Positions 9,301 to 17,822 of a stretch of DNA of 64,000 bases are shown here, piece after piece; the first letter of the stretch is position 1; every line of letters starts with the position of its first letter. The translations under genes and the position numbers were made by a program. The stretch is from Thermoplasmata archaeon (GTDB lineage: Archaea > Thermoplasmatota > Thermoplasmata > Lutacidiplasmatales > UBA184), in the NCBI GenBank assembly GCA_030037815.1, contig JASHPZ010000022.1, positions 1,782-65,781 on the forward strand. Direction: 5' to 3'. The notes under the pieces were generated by a model. It saw only the letters and a list, made by a program, of their open reading frames with translations, searched no databases and was not told the origin of the DNA.

Positions 9301-9719
9301 GGCGTCGGGCTGGGTCCGGTGCCCTCGAGCGGCGGGGGGGCGAGCGGCTTCAGCGTAAGCGCCTCCGCGAACTGGCGGATCCGGAACGGTCGCAGGAGCA
9401 GGACGTCCGGGGCCGCCTTCGCGTCGCCCGTGTGGGGCGGGGGCCGGGCCGCCGGCGCGACCAGGATGACCTTAAGTTGTGGGTCGACCGCGCGGGCCGC
9501 CGCGACCAGCGCGGCGCTGGTCCCTTCCGCCAGGTTGACGTCCGCGACCATCAATTTCGGGCGGTGCTCCCGCAAGAGCTGGAGGGCCTGGGTGGCCCCC
9601 TCGGCCTCCCCGTCGACCCGGAAGTGATGCAGCCGGAGCAGCCCGCGCAGAAGGACCCGCGTCTCCTCGTCTCCGGCGACGACAATGGCAGTGGCGGACG
9701 AACCGCTGGCGGCGCTCAG
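9297..9719 (-). CDS. Stand-alone CheY-like receiver-domain protein, possibly degenerate. The start codon is unresolved.
   Basis: The frame is open upstream to the stop shared with ORF 9840..11561. It encodes ...AIVVAGDEETRVLLRGLLRLHHFRVDGEAEGATQALQLLREHRPKLMVADVNL...QLKVILVAPA...LLLRPF. The receiver acidic pair and the phospho-acceptor Asp are present (LMVAD). The conserved Thr and Lys positions read Ala and Arg. No ATG/GTG/TTG precedes the receiver N-terminus; the nearest in-frame candidate is a CTG. Confidence 0.4.
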   Translation of the reverse strand: MSAASGSSATAIVVAGDEETRVLLRGLLRLHHFRVDGEAEGATQALQLLREHRPKLMVADVNLAEGTSAALVAAARAVDPQLKVILVAPAARPPPHTGDAKAAPDVLLLRPFRIRQFAEALTLKPLAPPPLEGTGPSPTP

Positions 9720-9802
9720 TGTGCCCTCTCCCCCCCGTAGGGAGTCGACCCGCGGTGGGTCGATGCCGAACGTAGCGTCGGGGCAGTATTTCGTTCTACG
9801 CC

Positions 9803-11371
9803 CTAGCCCGAAGCCGGGGCGGGGGCGTCCGGAGCCCGGTCACCCCACGCGACGACCCCCGCGGCCGAGAGGAGGTGGTCGAGCGCAGCGTGGTAGCCTT
9901 CCGGTGGGGCGGTGAGGAGGTCCCGGGCCCGGGCGGAGAGCGCCTGGCCGAACTCCTGCTCGGTCGGCGTGAACTGCCAGGCGTGGGCGGCCCCCCGTCC
10001 GAGCGCCACCAGGAAGCCGAACGCGAGCCCGCGCTCCTTTCCCTCGCGCGGCAGGGCCTGGAGGATCGTCCGCTCCGCCCCCGCCTCCTTCTGGACCCGG
10101 TACGTCCGCGCGATCCGGTCGGCCCACGCCGCCTCCGGGGCGAGGCGGGCGTACCGGGGCAGGGTGTCCAGGAGCTCCTGCTCGTCGCTCCGTTTCTGGA
10201 CCCGCTTGAGGATCTCCGCGACCCGCCCGGGGGCCCCGCGCGCCTCGTCGACCAGGCGCCGGACCTCCTCCGGGTCCCGCACGATCGCAGAGAGGATCTC
10301 CTCGGCGTGCTGGCCCCACAGCCGTTCGAGAGCCCGGCTCGCCGACGGCTCGTCGACCTCGAAGTACCCCGTCCAGTGACGGAAGACGCGGTCGAGCGCC
10401 CGCCGCTCCACCGGTGACGGCTGGAGCGCCGCGACGAACGCCTCCCGCCGGTCGCCGTAGCAGGTGCCGCCCGCCACGAACGTCGGGCGGTCCGGGCGTT
10501 CGATCCGGGGCTTCAGCTCGTTCAGGTAGGCGTCGAGCAGCTCCTCGTCGGACCGTCGTCCCGCCTCGTACGCCCGCACGAGCGCGCGGGGCAGCTCCGG
10601 GAGACGTCCGTGGACGCACTCGTCGCCGTCGGAGCACTTCACGTTGAGCGCGGCCGACACGGGGAACTCGGCCGCCGGGTCGGGCACGGCCACCCCGTCG
10701 GAGAGGTGGGAGAGGAGATGGCGGTCCCCCTTCGCGCACTTGCGGCAGACGCGATACACCTGGCCCGCGCCCGGCCAGCCGACCTCGAGGTACGGCCGGG
10801 GCTCGCCCGCCTGGAGGTGCGGGCAGAGGACCTGGCCGCGGGCGTCCGGGGGGCCCATCCGGTACGGCAGCTCGGCGAGCTTCTCCTGCACGAACTCGGA
10901 CGGCGGGCGGTCGGAGCGCCCGGTGCACCAGAGGGCGCGCCGGGTCGCGAAGAAGTGGAAGCCGCGGCGGCTCCAGTCGACGTAGCCGAGCAGGAGGCGG
11001 CTCGGGTCGTCCGACTGCTGGACGGCGACCTCCGCCTCGCGTTCCGTGCGGGCGAGGGCGGCGTACGACACGTCGCCCCCGGGGAGCGGGAAGCTCACGA
11101 TCGCGGGGGTGGTCGGGTCGAGCTGGAAGTGGAGGAGGCCCGCGTATGCGCGGGCGATCGCCTCGCCCCGTTTCGCGAGCCGCTCGAGCCGACTTTCGTC
11201 GTCCCGGTTCTCCCGCACCTCCTCGAGCTCGGCGCGCAGCCGGTCGAACCGGTCCCGCGGGCAGTCCGGGGTCAGCTTCGGGAGGAGCGGGTCGACCGAC
11301 TCCCGGAGCGCTTTCGCCCGCGAGATCAGGTCCTGGGACCGGATCCCGGAGCCCCGATGGACGCGCGGCAC
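9803..11371 (-). CDS. Hypothetical protein with a central Cys cluster (CPHL...RVCRKCAKGD...VKCSDGDECVHG), a putative zinc-ribbon.
   Basis: The ORF is 522 aa with protein-like composition. It runs co-directionally from guaAA after a 63-nt gap. I recognise no family. Confidence 0.5.
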   Translation of the reverse strand: MPRVHRGSGIRSQDLISRAKALRESVDPLLPKLTPDCPRDRFDRLRAELEEVRENRDDESRLERLAKRGEAIARAYAGLLHFQLDPTTPAIVSFPLPGGDVSYAALARTEREAEVAVQQSDDPSRLLLGYVDWSRRGFHFFATRRALWCTGRSDRPPSEFVQEKLAELPYRMGPPDARGQVLCPHLQAGEPRPYLEVGWPGAGQVYRVCRKCAKGDRHLLSHLSDGVAVPDPAAEFPVSAALNVKCSDGDECVHGRLPELPRALVRAYEAGRRSDEELLDAYLNELKPRIERPDRPTFVAGGTCYGDRREAFVAALQPSPVERRALDRVFRHWTGYFEVDEPSASRALERLWGQHAEEILSAIVRDPEEVRRLVDEARGAPGRVAEILKRVQKRSDEQELLDTLPRYARLAPEAAWADRIARTYRVQKEAGAERTILQALPREGKERGLAFGFLVALGRGAAHAWQFTPTEQEFGQALSARARDLLTAPPEGYHAALDHLLSAAGVVAWGDRAPDAPAPASG

Positions 11372-11434
11372 TTCCGGAACCTCGGGCCGCCGAACGGGCG
11401 GCCCTACATATTTCGGACTCCCGTCCGGGGCCGT

Positions 11435-11998
11435 CTAGCGGTGGCAGGCGTCCAGGAACCGGCGGAAGAACTCCCGGCCTCCCTCGGTGTGCTCGACCTC
11501 GGGGTGGAACTGGACGCCCCAGATCGGGCGGTCCGGGTGCGCCATCGCCTCGACCGGGCACGACGGCGAATGGGCGAGGACCGACCAGCCCGGGGGGGCG
11601 GTCGCGACCTGGTCGTTGTGGTTCCCCCAGACGCGGAAGGCGGGCGGGGTCCCGGCGAACAGCGGGTGGTCCCGACGGTCAACGGTCAACTCGACCGAGC
11701 CGAACTCGGCCCCGCCGTGGACGACCTTCCCTCCGAAGTGCCGGCCGAGGAACTGGTGCCCGACGCAGATGGCGAAGACGGGGAACGGCGCGCGGTCGAT
11801 CCACTCCCCGACCTGCCCCAAGGGGGTGTCGGTCCCTTCGAGGCTCAGCGCGCCGCCGGAGAGGACGACCCCGTCCGCGTCCAGCTGTTCGAACGGGGTG
11901 GTGTTCGGCACGATCCGGGTCTCCGCGCCCAGGTCCCGGAGCACCCGCCACTCGCGGTGGGTCCACTGGCCGCCGTTGTCGATGACGGGGACCTTCAC
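11435..11998 (-). CDS. guaAA: GMP synthase, glutamine amidotransferase subunit A (archaeal split GuaA).
   Basis: The N-terminus is MKVPVIDNGGQWTHREWRVLRDLGAE. Class I GATase motifs are present (ICVGHQF, HPE). The protein is 187 aa. The GTG start overlaps the upstream stop as GTGA. Confidence 0.85.
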   Translation of the reverse strand: MKVPVIDNGGQWTHREWRVLRDLGAETRIVPNTTPFEQLDADGVVLSGGALSLEGTDTPLGQVGEWIDRAPFPVFAICVGHQFLGRHFGGKVVHGGAEFGSVELTVDRRDHPLFAGTPPAFRVWGNHNDQVATAPPGWSVLAHSPSCPVEAMAHPDRPIWGVQFHPEVEHTEGGREFFRRFLDACHR

Positions 11999-12345
11999 GG
12001 CGCGCCCCCCTTCGGCCGGTTCGGCGGGTCGCGGCCGCCCGCGTCCAGCGCCTCGAGCCGCCGCCGCATCTCGGTGACGTCCGACCGCATCCGGAGCATC
12101 TCCTCCTCGAACGGGGAGAACCCGGACGGGGTCAGGAGCCGGTGGGAGAGGTAGATCCCGACGAAGATCGCCCCGACCAGGGCGAGGATCGTCGTGAAGA
12201 CGAGCGCGAAGACGAACGCGAGCGGGTCGGCGAGCGCCGTCGAGATCGGGAGGGTGAACAGGTGCGTGATCTCGGCGACCTCGATCACGATCAGGATCGC
12301 GATGACGAGGACCCAGACGAGGAACCCGAGCCGGTTCGCCTTCAC
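11995..12345 (-). CDS. Small membrane protein: two TM helices with a C-terminal cytoplasmic coiled-coil tail.
   Basis: A GTG start inside ORF 11995..12627 gives VKANRLGFLVWVLVIAILIVIEV...LVGAIFVGIYLSHRLL...EEEMLRMRSDVTEMRRRLEALD. The first 90 aa of the listed ORF are Arg-rich junk. The start overlaps the upstream stop as GTGA. Confidence 0.5.
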   Translation of the reverse strand: MKANRLGFLVWVLVIAILIVIEVAEITHLFTLPISTALADPLAFVFALVFTTILALVGAIFVGIYLSHRLLTPSGFSPFEEEMLRMRSDVTEMRRRLEALDAGGRDPPNRPKGGAP

Positions 12346-12896
12346 GGCAGCGGTCCTCCCGCGTTCGGCTCGAGCAGGATCGCGAGCGGTAGGCTCGAGA
12401 CCGCCACGGAGGAGGCGGCCGAGATGCCGGACGTCGCGGGGCTGACCGCGATGTTGAGCGTCTCGCCCGCCTGGCCGATCGCGCTCACGTAGAAGGCGAA
12501 CACGCCCGAGTACGTCGTGGTCGCCCCGTTGTCGGTGTACGTCGCGGAGGCGTAGACGGCGACCGGGTTGTAGAGCGAGAAGAGCACGCTCGCCAGCACG
12601 TTGGACGAGTTCTGCCAGTCGGTCCACGCGAGGTGGTCGGTCGGAAAGCCGCCCGACCAGACGAACCCGTAGGCGACGGCCGTCGAGATCGCGTCGAAGC
12701 GGACGGTCGCCCCCACGGCGTGCACGTAGAAGTTGGTCGTGTTGCCGCCCGCGACGCGGTCGACCACGAGCTCGGCCTGCGCCAAGTACGGGCTCGGGCC
12801 GTTCGAGATCAGGACGGGGGTGAGGACGATCAGCCCGACCAGGAGGAGCGCGACGCCGACCAGCGGCCAGGGAAACAGCGCACCGAGCCGATTCAC
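12342..12896 (-). CDS. Hypothetical secreted or membrane-anchored protein (N-terminal TM or signal anchor, Thr/Ser/Ala-rich ectodomain).
   Basis: The GTG start overlaps the UbiX stop. The N-terminus is VNRLGALFPWPLVGVALLLVGLIVLTPVL. It is followed by ...NTTNFYVHAVGATVRFDAIS...YTDNGATTTYSG.... Confidence 0.45.
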   Translation of the reverse strand: MNRLGALFPWPLVGVALLLVGLIVLTPVLISNGPSPYLAQAELVVDRVAGGNTTNFYVHAVGATVRFDAISTAVAYGFVWSGGFPTDHLAWTDWQNSSNVLASVLFSLYNPVAVYASATYTDNGATTTYSGVFAFYVSAIGQAGETLNIAVSPATSGISAASSVAVSSLPLAILLEPNAGGPLP

Positions 12897-13543
12897 GTCG
12901 CCTCCGACCCCCAGCCCCGGTAGAGGGTGTGGGGGACGCCGAGGTGGTCGAGGACCTTCCCCGCGAGGTAGTTCGTCACGTCGTCGATCGTCTTCGGGTG
13001 CAGGTAGTACGCGGGCGACGCCACGAGCACCACGGTCCCGAGGTCGCTCAGCGTCGCGAGGTGCCGCAAGAGCACGGCGGAGAGCGGCGTTTCGCGGGGA
13101 ACGACGACAAGGGGACGGCGTTCCTTCAGGTGGACCTGGGCGGCCCGCGTGAGCAGCGAGTCGCCGAGGCCGAGCGCCACCTTCGCCGCGGTGTTCGCGC
13201 TGCACGGCACGACCACCATCGCGCGGGTGGGGAACGATCCGCTCGCGATCGGGGCCGCGAGGTCGGCGTCGGAGTAGGCGCGGTCGGCGTACTGCGCGAG
13301 GGTGTCGGGGGCGAGTCCCGCCTCTTCCTGCAGCACCGCGCGCGCGCCGTTCGACACGACCAGCGCGACCGGTACGCGCGCGGCGCGCAGCGACTCGAGG
13401 ACCCGCACCGCGATGGGCGCCCCGCTCGCGCCCGACACGCCGACCACGACGGGAGGTTCGTTCGGCACGAGGGGAACCCCGGAGTTAAGTGCCCCAACGA
13501 CTCGTTCGATAAGACGGTTGGCGGAGCGCGGACGGTGGGGCAT
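12893..13543 (-). CDS. ubiX: Flavin prenyltransferase UbiX/PAD1 family.
   Basis: The C-terminal 216 aa of ORF 12893..14389 carry VVVGVSGASGAPIAVRVLESL and ...MVVVPCSANTAAKVALGLGDSLLTRAA. An alternative GTG start near 13468 would remove the overlap with the divergent thiolase start. Confidence 0.8.
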   Translation of the reverse strand: MPHRPRSANRLIERVVGALNSGVPLVPNEPPVVVGVSGASGAPIAVRVLESLRAARVPVALVVSNGARAVLQEEAGLAPDTLAQYADRAYSDADLAAPIASGSFPTRAMVVVPCSANTAAKVALGLGDSLLTRAAQVHLKERRPLVVVPRETPLSAVLLRHLATLSDLGTVVLVASPAYYLHPKTIDDVTNYLAGKVLDHLGVPHTLYRGWGSEAT

Positions 13544-14698
13544 CGGGCGGCGATCATCGGCGCGGGTCACACCCGATTCGGGGCCATGCCCGACGGGCCC
13601 CGGAGCCTCCTGCGCAGCGCCGTCGACCAGGCGTTCCAGAGCGTTGACCGCGGGCTCGACCGCGCGTCGGTCACGGACGCGTACCTCGCGAGCCTCGGGT
13701 TTGGCGGCTGGCAGATCGGGAACGCGTCGACCGTGATGGCCGAGGAGGCCGGGCTGACCGGCGTGCCGACGGTCCGGGTCGAGAACGCCTGCGCCTCGGG
13801 CGGGTTCGCGCTCCGCGCCGCGGTGAACGCGGTGCGCTCGGGCGCGACCGCGCTCGCGCTGGTCGTCGGGCTCGAGAAGATGACCGACCAGCCGGCGGCC
13901 CGCCGTCGGTACTGGCTCGGCGTCTCGGGCGACACCGAGTGGGAGCGGCTCGCGGGACTCACGTTCGCCGGCGTCTACGGGCTGATCGCCGCGCGGTACC
14001 TGGCCGAGCACCACGTCGGCCGCGAGGCGCTCAGCGAAGTCGCGCGGAAGAATCACGAGAACGGCGCCCTCAACCCCAACGCCCACTTCCAGAAGCGGGT
14101 CACCCGCGAAGACGTCGAGCGGGCGGCGAAGGTCGCGTCCCCCCTCGGCCTCTACGACTGTTGCCCGGTGAGCGACGGCGCGGCGGCGCTCTTGGTGGCC
14201 CCCGCCGAGGCGGCGCGGCAGTACACCGACACTCCCGTGTACGTCGACGGGATGGGCGCGGGCTCCGACTACCTCGCCGTGCAGGAGCGGGCCGACCTCA
14301 CGCGGTTCGCCGCGACGCGCTGGGCGATGGACGGGGCCCTCCACGAAGCGGGGGTCTCCCGCGGCGCGATCTCCTTCCTCGAGGTCCACGACTGCTTCAC
14401 GATCGCCGAGCTCCTCGCGCTCGAGGACTTGGGGTTCGCGGAACCGGGCGCGGCCGGGCCGCTCACGCTCTCCGGAGCCACGGCCCGGACCGGGCGGCTA
14501 CCGGTCAACCCCGACGGCGGGCTGAAGGCGAAAGGCCACCCGATCGGCGCGACGGGTGTCTCCCAGGCGTACGAAGTGTTCCAGCAGCTCCGACGCGCCG
14601 CCGGCGCGCGCCAGGTGCCGGGCGCCGAGCGGGCCCTCACCCACAACGTGGGCGGCGCCGGTGCGACCGCCTCGGTCGCCGTCTACTCGGTGGGGTGA
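13535..14698 (+). CDS. Thiolase-family protein (acetyl-CoA C-acetyltransferase-like; archaeal thiolase that pairs with a DUF35 protein).
   Basis: The N-terminus is GHRAAIIGAGHTRFG. The active-site region is VENACASGGFALRAA, and the C-terminal thiolase region includes ...GHPIGATGVSQ. The GTG start is inferred from the conserved N-terminus. Confidence 0.8.
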   Translation: MGHRAAIIGAGHTRFGAMPDGPRSLLRSAVDQAFQSVDRGLDRASVTDAYLASLGFGGWQIGNASTVMAEEAGLTGVPTVRVENACASGGFALRAAVNAVRSGATALALVVGLEKMTDQPAARRRYWLGVSGDTEWERLAGLTFAGVYGLIAARYLAEHHVGREALSEVARKNHENGALNPNAHFQKRVTREDVERAAKVASPLGLYDCCPVSDGAAALLVAPAEAARQYTDTPVYVDGMGAGSDYLAVQERADLTRFAATRWAMDGALHEAGVSRGAISFLEVHDCFTIAELLALEDLGFAEPGAAGPLTLSGATARTGRLPVNPDGGLKAKGHPIGATGVSQAYEVFQQLRRAAGARQVPGAERALTHNVGGAGATASVAVYSVG

Positions 14699-15711
14699 CG
14701 GGCGTGGGCTGGGTCGAGGCCACGGCGTACCTGCCGCGCGGCCGAGTCGGCGGCCGCCGCCGCGCCGGCCCCGACGAGGACCCGTTCACGCTCGCCGCCA
14801 CCGTCCTCGAACGGCTTGCGGAGACGGTCCCCGAAGGAACCGAGGCGGCCACGGTATGGCTGCTCGGCGCCGCTGCGAGCGGACGCGACGAGCTCCTCGC
14901 GGCGCTGTTCGACCGCGTCCCGCGATTCGAGCGCCCGGCGCACGACGACCTGGCCGCGACCCTTCGCGCGGCGGCGTCCCGGCCCGCCGAGATACACCTG
15001 GTCGTGACGGCGACCGTGGACCCGGACTCACCCGCCGCAACCCCCGGCGACGCGGCCGCGGGGTTCCTCTACCGGCCGGGATCCGACGGGGGTCCCCTCG
15101 ACCCCGGGACCGCGCCGTCGGGCTCCAGTGTGGGCGACGCGTGGGCCCTGTACGCTCAGAGCGCAGCGGCTCCACCCGCCGGCGTGCGCTGGACGGGAGA
15201 CTGGGACGCGGGCCCCGGGTCCGCGCTCGCGGTCGACCGCTCCGGTCTCCGACGTCCCGCGGACTCGCTGACGTTCGCCGTCTCCGAGGGCGCCTACGTC
15301 CCCCGCGCCCGGTACCTCGAGGGCCTCCCCAGCCGCTGGCGGCTCCGCGCGGTCTCGTGCGGCGCGTGCGGCACGACCACGTTTCCAGCGCGCGAGGTCT
15401 GTCGGGGGTGCGGGGCCCGCACCGGCCTCTCTCCCGTGTCGCTCCCGCGGGACGGAGGCGTCGTGCTCGCCGTGACCGAGATCGGCAAGGGCGGGCAGCC
15501 CACGGAGTTCGACTACTGGGTCGACCGGGTGGGGCCGTACGGGGTCGCGCTGGTCGAACTCGTTCCGGGAGTCCGCGCCACCCTCCAGATCGCGGACGCC
15601 CCCGCGGGGTCGGTCCGCATCGGCGACCGCGTCGGCACCCGCCTCCGTCGCCTGTACCCGATGGAGGGCGAGTGGCGGTATGGCCGGAAGGCCGTGCCGC
15701 TCCCCGCCTAG
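14695..15711 (+). CDS. DUF35 OB-fold/zinc-ribbon protein fused to a degenerate, Cys-less HMG-CoA-synthase-like N-terminal region.
   Basis: The GTG start overlaps the thiolase stop (GTGA). The N-terminus GVGWVEATAYLPRGRV...EDPFTLAATVLERLAE...VWLLGAAASGRD resembles the HMGCS N-terminus (VGI.gyGAYIPryRI...ED..tMA..AA..lle...lxVGTES..D). It lacks the ACYGGT catalytic Cys. The C-terminus carries CGACGTTTFPAREVCRGCG plus a DUF35 OB-fold. Confidence 0.65.
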   Translation: MTGVGWVEATAYLPRGRVGGRRRAGPDEDPFTLAATVLERLAETVPEGTEAATVWLLGAAASGRDELLAALFDRVPRFERPAHDDLAATLRAAASRPAEIHLVVTATVDPDSPAATPGDAAAGFLYRPGSDGGPLDPGTAPSGSSVGDAWALYAQSAAAPPAGVRWTGDWDAGPGSALAVDRSGLRRPADSLTFAVSEGAYVPRARYLEGLPSRWRLRAVSCGACGTTTFPAREVCRGCGARTGLSPVSLPRDGGVVLAVTEIGKGGQPTEFDYWVDRVGPYGVALVELVPGVRATLQIADAPAGSVRIGDRVGTRLRRLYPMEGEWRYGRKAVPLPA

Positions 15712-17477
15712 CCCGGTCCTTTCTTCGCCGGTTCCCACGGCGCGCCGAGCCAGCTCGCGTAGACCTTCTTCGCAAGTTCGTCCGGGGCGTCCACCGGCGT
15801 GAACCGGTACTTCTCGGCGGGCGGCTTCCCCGTCGTCAGCGAGACGGTGCGGAGGAACCCCCGACGGAACAGCGTCAGGTCGATGGCGGTGCCCGGCGGG
15901 GTCGCCTGCATCATCTTGTCGAGGCCCGAATACGTCACCTTCGAGCCGTTCAGCGCCACGAGCTCGTCGCCGGGCGAGATCCCGGCCCGGCGACCGGGGG
16001 TGTCCGCGAGGACGACGCGGACCCGGGCGAGTCCGCCCGCGTCCTCGCACCGGATCCCGAGGTACCCGGGTTCGTCGGACGGGTCGTCGGGGTCGCGGGG
16101 CTTCGCCCCGACGTGGAGCCCCGCGTACTGGGCGAACCCGTCGAGGTCGAGCTCCTCCGTCCCCCGCACGAATCGGTCGAAGAACGGGCCCAGGTCGAGC
16201 CCGGTCGCGGCCTCGATCGCCGGCTGGAGTTCCTCCTCGCCGACCCCCTGGTCGAGCTTCCCGAAGTTCTGCCAGAGGTACCGCATCGCCGTCTCGAGCG
16301 ACTTCGCCGTCTCGGTGCGGTGCCGGACCTCGAGGTCGAGCGCCATCGAGACGAGCGCCCCCTTGAGGTAGTAGCTGATCGACTGGTTCGGGGTCTCCTC
16401 GTACGGCTGGTAGTAGTCGACCCAGGAGAGGAACGACGACTCCTCGAGGCTCTGGCGCCGGCGTCCGGGCGTCGCCTCGAACTCCTTCACCTCCTCGGCC
16501 ATGCGGTCGAGGAATTGGGGGACGGTGAGGAGGCCCGCCCGCCGCAGGACGAGGTCGGAGAAGTAGTCGGTCGTCCCCTCCATCCACCACAGGAGCCGCG
16601 TGTACATCTCGCGGGTGTAGTCGAACGGCACGATCGCCTTCGGCCGGACCCGCTTCACGTTGTAGAGGTGGAAGTACTCGTGGCTCTCGAGCCCGAGGAA
16701 CCGCCGGTACATCTCGCCCGGTTGGAAGGCGAGCCGCCGGACGACGGCGGAGTGCGAGGTGGCGTGCTCGAGGCCGCCGTCGGGCACGTCCGTCAGGTGG
16801 AGGAAGAAGGTGTACCCGGCGAGCGGCGAGTCGCCCAGCATCTGGACGGTGGCGGTGACCAGCTTCCCGAGGTCCTCCTCGAGCCGATGGGTCTCGTAGT
16901 TCCCGCCCTGTCCGCAGAGCACGATCCGGTGGGGGATCCCGAGCGGACGGATCGTCAGCACCGTGGGATGGCCCGCGTCGATCGGGCTGTCGACCAGCTC
17001 GTCGTAGTTGCGCGCCCGGTACGTCGGCGGATGCCCGGTGACCTCCTCGAGCTCGCTGACGCTCTTCCAGGAGGGGGGCAGGTGGAGCGTGACCTCCGCC
17101 GGCTCGGAGGTCCGTCCCTCCACGTACGGGAGGCAGAGCGCGGCGTTGAGGAACAGGTGCTCGGAGGTGAAGTCGAACGCCTCGGTCACGAGGTCGTGGC
17201 CGTAGACGCTGTACTCGATGTGGACCGCGGGCGCCCCGTCCGTGTGGACCCGCCACCGCGCCTTGTCGACCCGCTCGACGTTCAACGGTCGGTTCGTCGC
17301 CGGGTCCCGCGCGCGCATGTCGCGGAACCCCCGCACGTAGTTCACGATGTGATACGACCCCGGGACCCACGACGGGAGGACGAGGTCGACGGTCGGGGCG
17401 ACGCCTTCGAGGTCGAGGGTGAAGCGGGCCCGGTGCTCTTCCGGGTCGACCGCGCGGACCGAGTAGCGGACCGTCAT
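15708..17477 (-). CDS. M61 family glycyl aminopeptidase with a C-terminal PDZ domain.
   Basis: The HEYFHLYNVKRVRP HExxH zinc motif sits in an M61-like context. The protein is 589 aa with a C-terminal PDZ-like segment. It converges on the DUF35 gene with a CTAG stop overlap. Confidence 0.8.
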   Translation of the reverse strand: MTVRYSVRAVDPEEHRARFTLDLEGVAPTVDLVLPSWVPGSYHIVNYVRGFRDMRARDPATNRPLNVERVDKARWRVHTDGAPAVHIEYSVYGHDLVTEAFDFTSEHLFLNAALCLPYVEGRTSEPAEVTLHLPPSWKSVSELEEVTGHPPTYRARNYDELVDSPIDAGHPTVLTIRPLGIPHRIVLCGQGGNYETHRLEEDLGKLVTATVQMLGDSPLAGYTFFLHLTDVPDGGLEHATSHSAVVRRLAFQPGEMYRRFLGLESHEYFHLYNVKRVRPKAIVPFDYTREMYTRLLWWMEGTTDYFSDLVLRRAGLLTVPQFLDRMAEEVKEFEATPGRRRQSLEESSFLSWVDYYQPYEETPNQSISYYLKGALVSMALDLEVRHRTETAKSLETAMRYLWQNFGKLDQGVGEEELQPAIEAATGLDLGPFFDRFVRGTEELDLDGFAQYAGLHVGAKPRDPDDPSDEPGYLGIRCEDAGGLARVRVVLADTPGRRAGISPGDELVALNGSKVTYSGLDKMMQATPPGTAIDLTLFRRGFLRTVSLTTGKPPAEKYRFTPVDAPDELAKKVYASWLGAPWEPAKKGPG

Positions 17478-17482
17478 CGGGC

Positions 17483-17704
17483 CTACGCGAACCCGGGCGG
17501 GTCGGAGGCGCGGCCGCTGGACCCCTTCCGCTGGTACGGCTCCGCGGCGATCCCGAGGTGGGTCGCGAGCGAGCGGAAGGTGGTGACCAACTGATTGATC
17601 GCCTGCGCCATCTCCCGCTGCTCGGTCCGTAGCTCCTGGAGCTCCTCGCGCAACGCGCGGAGCTCGGCCTCCCAGTGGGCCTCTCGGGAATCGTCGGTCC
17701 CCAT
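17483..17704 (-). CDS. Small coiled-coil hypothetical protein.
   Basis: The ORF is 73 aa and lies 5 nt upstream of the M61 peptidase gene. It has heptad-like content (ELRALREELQELRTEQREMAQ). Confidence 0.3.
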   Translation of the reverse strand: MGTDDSREAHWEAELRALREELQELRTEQREMAQAINQLVTTFRSLATHLGIAAEPYQRKGSSGRASDPPGFA

Positions 17705-17803
17705 CCTCGCCTCGGCTGCCCAGAAGCGATGCGGCGGATTAGGTGTGCGCGGAACCGGGGCGGCTCACCGCGCGTGCGCGAACTTCAAGTAGGTGTATCG
17801 GTT

Positions 17804-17817
17804 TTCCGATATCGGAA
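17804..17817. promoter_or_regulatory. Perfect 14-bp palindrome TTCCGATATCGGAA with flanking ATCGG/CCGAT half-sites, a candidate PadR operator.
   Basis: Read directly from the sequence at about 17795-17830. It overlaps the first ATG of listed ORF 17793, which argues for the downstream ATG (17823) as the true start. Confidence 0.45.
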
Positions 17818-17822
17818 TACCG

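Noticed and set aside
12893-14389. The 498-aa ORF, the 442-aa ORF 47982..49310 and the 738-aa ORF 20102..22318, each treated as one long protein.
   Set aside because: Only the C-terminal 216, 213 and 169 aa respectively have protein-like composition and domain motifs (UbiX, an MTS methyltransferase, and a hypothetical). The N-terminal parts are antisense or other-frame read-through of neighbouring genes.
17793-17822. PadR starting at the first ATG (MYRFSDIGIP...).
   Set aside because: Those codons coincide with a perfect 14-bp palindrome plus repeated half-sites, which is more plausibly the operator. The PadR winged-helix core begins after the second ATG.
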